NCBI RefSeq assembly: GCF_009914755.1
Contig: NC_060929.1
Length of the DNA: 64,000 bases
Source: the human T2T-CHM13v2.0 reference genome, Homo sapiens
Strand: one strand, 5' to 3'
Shown: one piece after another, positions 54,704 to 64,000 of the stretch
Numbering within the stretch: position 1 is the stretch's first letter
How the letters are laid out: the number at the start of each line of letters is the position of its first letter
The notes under the pieces: model-generated
Told to the model about the DNA's origin: nothing
The model's database searches: none
The model's input: only the letters and a program-made list of their open reading frames with translations
Program-made: the position numbers and the translations under genes

Positions 54704-55084
54704 TGCCATGGACTGAACTGTGTACCCCTCAAATTACTATGTTTCAGCTCTAACACCCAGTTTGACTATATTTAGAGATAGAGCCTTCAAGGGTAATTAA
54801 GGTTAAATTAGATTATAAGGATGGGATCCTAATACAATAGGATTTGTGTCCTTATAAGAACAGATGTTAGAGAGCTCCCTCTCTCTTTCTTCTCACCACA
54901 TGAGGACACAGCAAGAAGGAAGCCCAATTGCAAGCCAGGATGAAAGCCCTCATCAGAAATTAAATGCTTCTGGACCTTGATCTTGGACTTTCCAGCCTCC
55001 AGAACTATGAGAAAACAAAATTTTGTTGTTGAAGTCACCCGTTCTACAGTATTTTTTTTTTAGCCAGCCAAGTAGACTAAAACA
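54704..55084 (+). mobile_element. MLT1A-type solo LTR, complete
   Basis: tgccatggactgaactgtgt...gtaattaaggttaaat...accttgatcttggactttccagcctccagaact...gactaaaaca; flanks ttgag/tttag. Confidence 0.9.
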
Positions 55085-55241
55085 TTTAGTATACCTAAAT
55101 TGTACTGGAACAGTTACAAGTCCAAGATTATTTTAGTGGGGTAAGTTAAGAGAAAAACTTCAACTCTCCGAAATACTGGAAAGAAAGAGAGATAAATGAT
55201 AAAAGAAAGAGCCTGACAGATAGATGATGGATGATGATGAT

Positions 55242-55285
<44 letters not shown>
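55242..55285 (+). repeat. (GATA)11 tetranucleotide STR, preceded by (GAT)n
   Basis: Uninterrupted GATA run. Confidence 0.97.
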
Positions 55286-55287
<2 letters not shown>

Positions 55288-55657
55288 ATTTTCTCTGACT
55301 TAATTTTGAGCAATATTTGTAATTAAGATACGTGATTTGGCTATGGCAAACATATTAATGTGTAACTAAATACTTTTTCATGCTGTTCTCATGGGAGAAT
55401 GTTATTTTATTTTTCATTTAAGCAGTATATTATTGTATTAAGTTCCTGTTGATATTACTAAAATATTAAGTTAGAATAATAAATATTTAGACATATTTAA
55501 ATTTCATGATAGGCTGAACTGTTTACTCTTCAGATTTTCACTATTATGTTTACCATTTTAAGCCATGTTTTCACTGTATAGTAAAATGGCTCTGTATGTT
55601 TTGCATATACTTATATCACTGGATTTTAGAAGTATCACGGCCAACTCTTCACACTTC

Positions 55658-56126
55658 TGTGAAACATGGTGGATTTTCTTCTACTATCTTGATCCAGTTT
55701 GATACCCTGACTAAAGGTCAGTACGTTTCCCTTCTTGAGCAGCCAGTTTAATCAACACCACCAACCACTTGTATCATCAAGTTCTCATACTCTGGTCACT
55801 ATACCTGTACCTTAATCATTACAGGTCCAGGGAATAGACAAGGGACAGCTCTTATTTCCCAGAACCTACTGAAATTCTTCAAATTAGCCCTGTCTTGCCT
55901 CTATGATTCCTTCGTGCATAAATGATGTTAATAATGAAGGTGCCTGTCAACAGTCTGCTCCCCTTTCTCTGCCTTTTGATCAGCCTTGATGCTTCAAGTA
56001 TTTTATGGTAAACTGTGATCTCCCAGGGAATTGTGAGTTAATACAACTGTAAATCTCTTTCTAGTTTCTCTCCCTTGATCTGCCTCTGACCCCATCATAT
56101 CTCACCCAGGTAATAGGTTTCAAACA
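55658..56126 (+). mobile_element. MER73/MER74/MER54-family ERVL solo LTR
   Basis: ttctcatactctggtcactat...agacaagggacagc...ccagaacctactgaaattcttcaaattagcc...gggaattgtgagt; TG..CA ends. Confidence 0.65.
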
Positions 56127-56522
56127 ATAATCCATCACTCTAAGATACAAATTCGCAAATGTAATTACATGCTTATTATTGCCAGGCATAGAACTTCCTA
56201 CTAGCAACTCATGAGAACTCATGGATGTCACAGTCAGGCAGGAAGACAACTATTTTATAAGTAAGTGTAATATGATAAAGTTAAATCAATGGTGTGATAA
56301 CCATATGTACAAATTGTTAAGTTGAAAGATAGATTACTTTAGTCTTATATTCTGAAACTTGAGATTTCAGGAGTTCAATGAATGAAAGGATGGTCAGAGT
56401 AGGCTGAAGAGTCAATTAAGAGTGGGAGAATTGTGCAAAGGCAGTCAAATCATAAATGTGCATGTTGTATTTAAAAATGACAGGTGGAATTATTTGGACT
56501 GAACATAAAAAGTAATAGATGC

Positions 56523-59500
56523 CATTGTGGTTTTGATTTGCATTTATTTGATGATTAGTGATGTTAATCATTTTATATAATTGTTGGCTAGTTGTCTACC
56601 TTCATTTGAGAAGGTATGTTTATGTCATTTGCACATTTTTCTAATTGTATTATTTTTTGCTTGTTGATTGATTTAAGCTCCTTATAGATTCTGGATATCA
56701 GTATTAATCAAATGCATAGTTGGTGTATATTTTCTCCAACTCTGTAGGGTGTCTGTTTACTCTGGTGGTAATTTCTTTTGTTGTGCAGAAGCTCTTTAAT
56801 TTAATTAAGTCCCACTCACCTATTTTTGTTTTCGTTGAAAATGATTTTGGAGACTCAGCCAAAAATTCTTTGCCAAAGTCGATTTTGAGAAGGATATTTC
56901 CTGGGCTTTCTTCTAGCATTTTTATAGTTTGAAGTCTTACATTGAAATCTTTAATGCATCCTCTGTTAATTTTTATATGTAATGAGAAGTAGGGGTCCAG
57001 TTTCATTCCTCTGTATATGGCTAGCCAGTTAGCCCAGCATCATTTATTGAATAGCGAGTCTTTTTTCCATTGCTTAATTTTGTCAATTTTGTCAAATATC
57101 AGATAGTTGTAGGTGTGCAGATTTATTTTTGGTTTCTCTATACTATTCTACTGGTCTATGTGCCTGTTTTTGAACCAGTGCCACCCTGTTTTTGTTATTC
57201 TTGCCTTATAGTATGGTTCGAAGTCAGGTAATGTGATGCCCCTGGCTTTGTTCTTTTCACTGAGGATTTCTTTTGCTCTTCAGGCCTTTTTTATTCCAAA
57301 TCAGTTTTAGAATAGATTTTTCTGATTCTAAGAAAAATGGCATTGGTGTTTTGATAGAGATAGCATTGAATCTGTAAGTTCCTTTGGGCAGTATGACGAT
57401 TTAACAATATTGATTCTTCCTATCCATAAACATGAAATGTTTTAAAATTTATGTGTCATCTTTGAATTTTTCAGCAGTGTTTTTTAGTTGTCCTTGCAGA
57501 GATCTTTCACATCATTGGTTACACATATTTATAGGTATTTCATTTTCCCTGTGGCTATTATAATGAGATTATGTCCTTGATTTGGTTCTCAGCTAGAATG
57601 CTATTGGTGTACAGAAATTCTACTAATTTTTATACATTGATGTTGTAGTTTGAAAGTTTACTGAATATATTTATCAGTTGTAGGAGCCTTTTGGTGAAGT
57701 CTTTAGCGTTTTCTTTCTAATCATATTGTCAGCAAAGAGAGACAGTTTGACTTCTTCTTTTTCTATTTAGAGGCCTTTTATTTCTTTCTCTTGCCTGATT
57801 ACTCTGGCTAGGACTTTCTGTACTATATTGAATAGGAGTTGTGAGATTGGGCATCCTTGTCTTGTTCCAGTTCTCAGGAGGAATGCTTCCATCTTTTGCC
57901 CATTCAGTATGATGTTGGCTGTAAGTTTGTCAAAAATGGTTATTATCATTCTGAGGTATGTTACTTGGATGCCTAGTCTGTTGAGGGTTTTTATAAAGAA
58001 GGGTCGTTTGATTTTATCAAATTCTTTTCTGCATCTATTGAGATGATTATATGGTCCTTGTTTTTTACTTTAAGTGGTGAATCACAGTTACTGATTTCTG
58101 TATGTTGAACCAACTTTGTATCCAAGGACTAAAGCCTACTTGATTATGGTGAATTAACTTTTTGATGTGTTGCTAAATTTGGTTTGCTTTGCTAGTATTT
58201 TCATGAGAGGATTTTTGCATTTATGTTCTTCAGGGATATTGGCCTGAAGTTTTCTTTTTCCACTGTGTCTCTGCCAGATTTTGACATCAGGATGATGCAG
58301 ACTTTGAAGAATGAGTTAGGGAGAAGCCCTTTCTCCTCAATTTTTGGAATAGTTTCAGTAAGATTGATATCAGTTCTTCTATTGTACATCTAGTAGAATT
58401 TGACTGTGAATCCATTTGGTCCAGAGCTCCTTTCATTTGGCAGGTTATTTTTTTTTGTACTGATTCAATTGCCAAACTTACTGTTCTTTTCAGGTCCTCA
58501 CTTTCTTCCTGTTTCAATCTTGGGAGATGAATGTTTCCAGAAATTTACCAACTTCCTCTAGATTTTCTAATTTTTATTCTTAGAGATGTTCAGAACAGTC
58601 TATGAGGATATTTTGTATTTCAGTGGAATCCATTTTCATGTCCTTTTTGACATTTCTGATTGCATTTATTTAGATCTCTTTTTATTTTTTGTTGATCTAG
58701 CTAGTGGTCTATCAGTCTTATTAATTTTTAGAAATACCAATGCTTGGTTTTATTGATCTTTTGTATGAAATTTTGGGTCTCAATTTCATTCAGTTCTTCT
58801 CCGATTTTAGTGATTTCTTTTCTCTGCTGGCTTTGGGATACCATCTCACACCAGCCAGAATGATGATTATTAAAAAGAAAAAATAAGCTGATAAGGCTGT
58901 GGTGAAAAGGAAACCCTTACACACTGTTGGTGGGAATGAAAACTATTTCAGCCAGTGAGGAAAGCAGTATACAGACTTTTCAAAATATTTAGAAGTGTCA
59001 TTTGACCCTGCAAACCCATTACTGGGTGTACATATCCAAAAGACAACAAACCATTCAACCAAAAAGACACTTGCACACATCATAGCACTATTCACAATAG
59101 ACAAGGTATGAAATCAACCTAGGTGCCCATCAATGGTGGATTGGAGAAAGAAAATATGATACATATTCACCAGGGAATATTACAAAGCCACAAAAAAGAA
59201 CAAAATCATGTCATTTGCAGCAACATGGATGAAGCTGGAGGCCATTACCGTAAGTGAATTAACGCTAAGGACAGAAAAACAAATACCGTATGTTCTTATT
59301 TATAAGTAGGGACTAAATGTAAAATACACAAAGACTTAAAGATGAGAACAATAGATGCTTAAGACTATTAGACAAGGAAGGAAGAAGGGGGAATAGGTTG
59401 GAAAACCACATATTGGATGCTAGGCTGTCTACCTCAGTGATGAGATTGTACCTCAAAACTCAGCATCACACAATATACCCATGTAACAGACTTGCATATG

Positions 59501-59545
59501 TACCCTGTAATCTATAATAAAAGCTGAAATTATTTAAAAGATAAA
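56523..59545 (+). mobile_element. L1PB/L1PA16-17-like element with 5' inversion (inverted ~56523-58836; sense ~58837-59545)
   Basis: Antisense ORF2 starting cattgtggttttgatttgcatt; junction ctttgg|gataccatctcacacc; 3'UTR ctcagcatcacacaatatacccatgtaac...aataaaagctgaaatt. Confidence 0.93.
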
Positions 59546-60425
59546 AATATTTATAGAAGATTTCAGCTGGAGTAAAGCCAATACTGTAAATTTTAATCTG
59601 ATTTTTACTCCATGTTTTCTTAATCTTATTCTTGCTTTTATGTTAGAACTATTTGATGTACATTTTCATGCTTTGACCATTTTCATTTCTTCATAGTTAA
59701 TTACCTGCTCATGTTTTTTAAATGTCCATAGATTTCTATATACTCAACTAACTCCTCATCTATATCTTACAAATAATTTTACCAGTAAACATATATCCTT
59801 TTTATCAGTTTTCTATACAGATTTTTTTTGTATGGAATTCATACTGAGGCAGAATTTTAAAATTGTTTTTCCCTAAATATGGAATATAATTAATTGTTTT
59901 TAATTAAAGTTAGGCATTTACATTTATGAAATTCATATTTTAAAATGATTATATTTTAATAAAAATATTTGAGATAGAATTTATTTTGATATTATCTAAT
60001 AAGTGAAGATTGACTTTATTTTATGAATTTTAAATTGTCTCATAAACTACATTATTTAAAATATAATACATATATCATGTATTGACAATTTAAAATAATA
60101 AATATTCAGATGTCTGTTTCTATACATTTTAATATTTTCTATGATATATCTGTTGAGGTTGGCACAAGTAGCCTACAGTATTGTTTTTTGTAACATTTTT
60201 CACATTTTTGATAAGACAAATATTTGTAATAATAAAGGTCACTTTCTAATTATATAAATTTTGTACAGAGATTGTTAAAATAAACAAAAAGACTTTCAAT
60301 CTTCCCTAGAAGGAAACCTCATGCATGGTACAATCATGTTCATTGTGTCATGCTGGTTGATATGCAGAGCACTCTGAGAAAGACACTTGCATGGTCCAGA
60401 CGCTTAATAAAAATAAGAGCAGGTA

Positions 60426-62116
<1,691 letters not shown>

Positions 62117-62117
<1 letters not shown>

Positions 62118-62153
62118 AAAAACAAAAACAAAAACAAAAACAAAACAAAAAAA
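62117..62153 (+). repeat. (CAAAAA)n tract abutting the Alu 5' end
   Basis: Seen directly. Confidence 0.85.
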
Positions 62154-62339
62154 CTTTTTAATAACGTTTGTCTATGAAAAGGAGTGAAGAATTAGGCTAC
62201 TACTAGTAAAAAGAGGTAAAATTCTAGTCTTTTTAACGTTTTATTTTGAAGTAATTTTAGATAGAGAAGAATTGCAAAGATAATACAGGTGGCATATACA
62301 CACACACACGCTTATACTTTAGAGCCTTTTGTGGTGTGG

Positions 62340-62342
<3 letters not shown>

Positions 62343-62371
<29 letters not shown>
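62343..62371 (+). repeat. (TG)n microsatellite
   Basis: Seen directly. Confidence 0.93.
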
Positions 62372-62373
<2 letters not shown>

Positions 62374-64000
62374 CAATCGATCTTTCTATCTATCCAGAAA
62401 GGGTGGGTGGTTTAAAGAGAGATATATTGGCATTTTTAAAAGCTGTTGAAAGTATCCAGTAGACAAGATGAATTAGGAAATTCAAATCGTAGTGAATATT
62501 ATACGTTTTCTGAAAATATTACCACATTAAGGGCAGTAGTGGAGAAGATGGCCTTCAATGAGTAAATAAATGTAGGAGAGGAGGAAAATCCATGCATTTC
62601 TATGTAGGGACATTTGTGGATTTAGTGTTTTGAGTGTAAAGAGATTATCTCTTTTTTAATAAAAATTTGATATGTTTTACATAAAGTAGTACTTTTATAA
62701 ATTTCAGCCTAGCCAGCTTTTGGTTTTTGTATCAAAATTGCCTGGTTAACATGTCACAATAAATGTATATGATTTCTTCTTCTTTCTTTTTTATTCAGTC
62801 TTGTGTCGATTATTTTTCCTTTAATGCCTCTTCCACCTCATTACATCTTCCTCCTTTTACAATCTCTTCTCTATTTAAAATGTGGAGCTGGTTCTTTTCT
62901 GTAGTAAAAAAAGAATCAGTGCCTGGAGAAAATTAATTGGAATTACCATCAACAAAGAAGGGAGTGGCTATTATTTCTAAAAGAGAAAAAGAAAAAATAG
63001 AAAAATGACATAAAAACATACTTCCTGAGCTGCCTTTTGCTGTATGTAACAGGGTAGAAAAATCTTGTCACCTTGAAGTGAAAGGAAACATGAGGCTCTC
63101 GAAGGTTTGAAAAGAAAAAAAAATAGAGCTTCTCCTTCCCCAGTGATTGTGAAAATGAGTGAGCAGAGGGAGAAAGTGGGTTTTCCAGATAATTGGAAGC
63201 AATCAATTCACAAGGCTTTTCAGGTGCGTGGATCCATGATTTTCTGTACATGCCCTCACAGCTGCCATAGACCTAGAGGCAACAGTGTGATGAATATGAT
63301 TAGAAGTGAGTGGAGCTGGGACAAGACTGTGACAGAAAAAAAATAATAATAAAAGCAAAACAGTTTCAAGTACTAGCAAGTGAGGTATTGGATCAGAAGC
63401 CAAAGAATTAAAAAGGGATAAACAGAAATGAGGAGAGGGAAAAAAGCCTTATTGATGGAAAGAAATGGAAATGTCATTGGACTGGAAATCCCAGTACAAC
63501 ACCGGAGTGGTGGGGCCATGGACCCCACAAGGTAAAAGATAGATGATCCAAAACTCCCTTTCCAGATGAATTTTGAAACTATGTAATCACATGTTTAAAT
63601 ACCAATTTATATTTTCATTAAATGATATTAAACTTATGCATCTATGGGTGGAAAATAATATATTTACTATTAACGTGTATTGTCAGTCAAGAGCATTTTT
63701 AAATATTTCTCTTCATACAAACCGTATTTTATGTCATTTTGGCAATGTTTGGTCTTTGTTTGCAATACAAATTGCAATTGCATACACAATTCTCATTCCA
63801 CTGGGTGAATATTCTGGTATTTTTAGAAAATTAAATGTTTAAGTCACCGAATTGATGACTACTACTTTAGCTATTGAGCAGAATTCAATAACAGTGACTG
63901 CATGGCCTATCAGTGAAAATGTTTTACACTGGCTATACAGATGGATCTGTCTACTTGAACTGATAATTAAATCTTATGCAGGCTTATGCTGACATATTTG

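Overview
AT-rich, gene-poor primate (most likely human) genomic DNA, intergenic or deep intronic, mostly made of recognisable interspersed repeats. It holds about 13 Alu elements or fragments (AluJ/S/Y, FRAM) and many LINE-1 copies, including one degenerate full-length ~7.2 kb L1PA15/16-like element and three 5'-inverted (twin-primed) L1s. It also holds solo LTRs (MLT1, THE1, MST, LTR16, LTR22, LTR47-like, MER73/74-like), a MER44/Tigger DNA transposon, L2/MIR relics and microsatellites. I find no credible protein-coding gene, RNA gene or CRISPR array; the ORF track is explained by repeats or chance. I see no new multi-gene system. The most interesting signals are local rearrangement scars. At 35631-35958 a micro-inversion contains a 40-bp TA minisatellite and an exact 32-bp copy of sequence 1350 bp upstream. 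Other scars are a TSD-less insertion in an MLT1A LTR, a displaced duplication in an L1MB and a chimeric L1. There is also a perfect 36-bp palindrome and two candidate non-coding exons. Repeat subfamily names come from remembered consensus sequences and need RepeatMasker/Dfam confirmation; boundaries of old elements are approximate.
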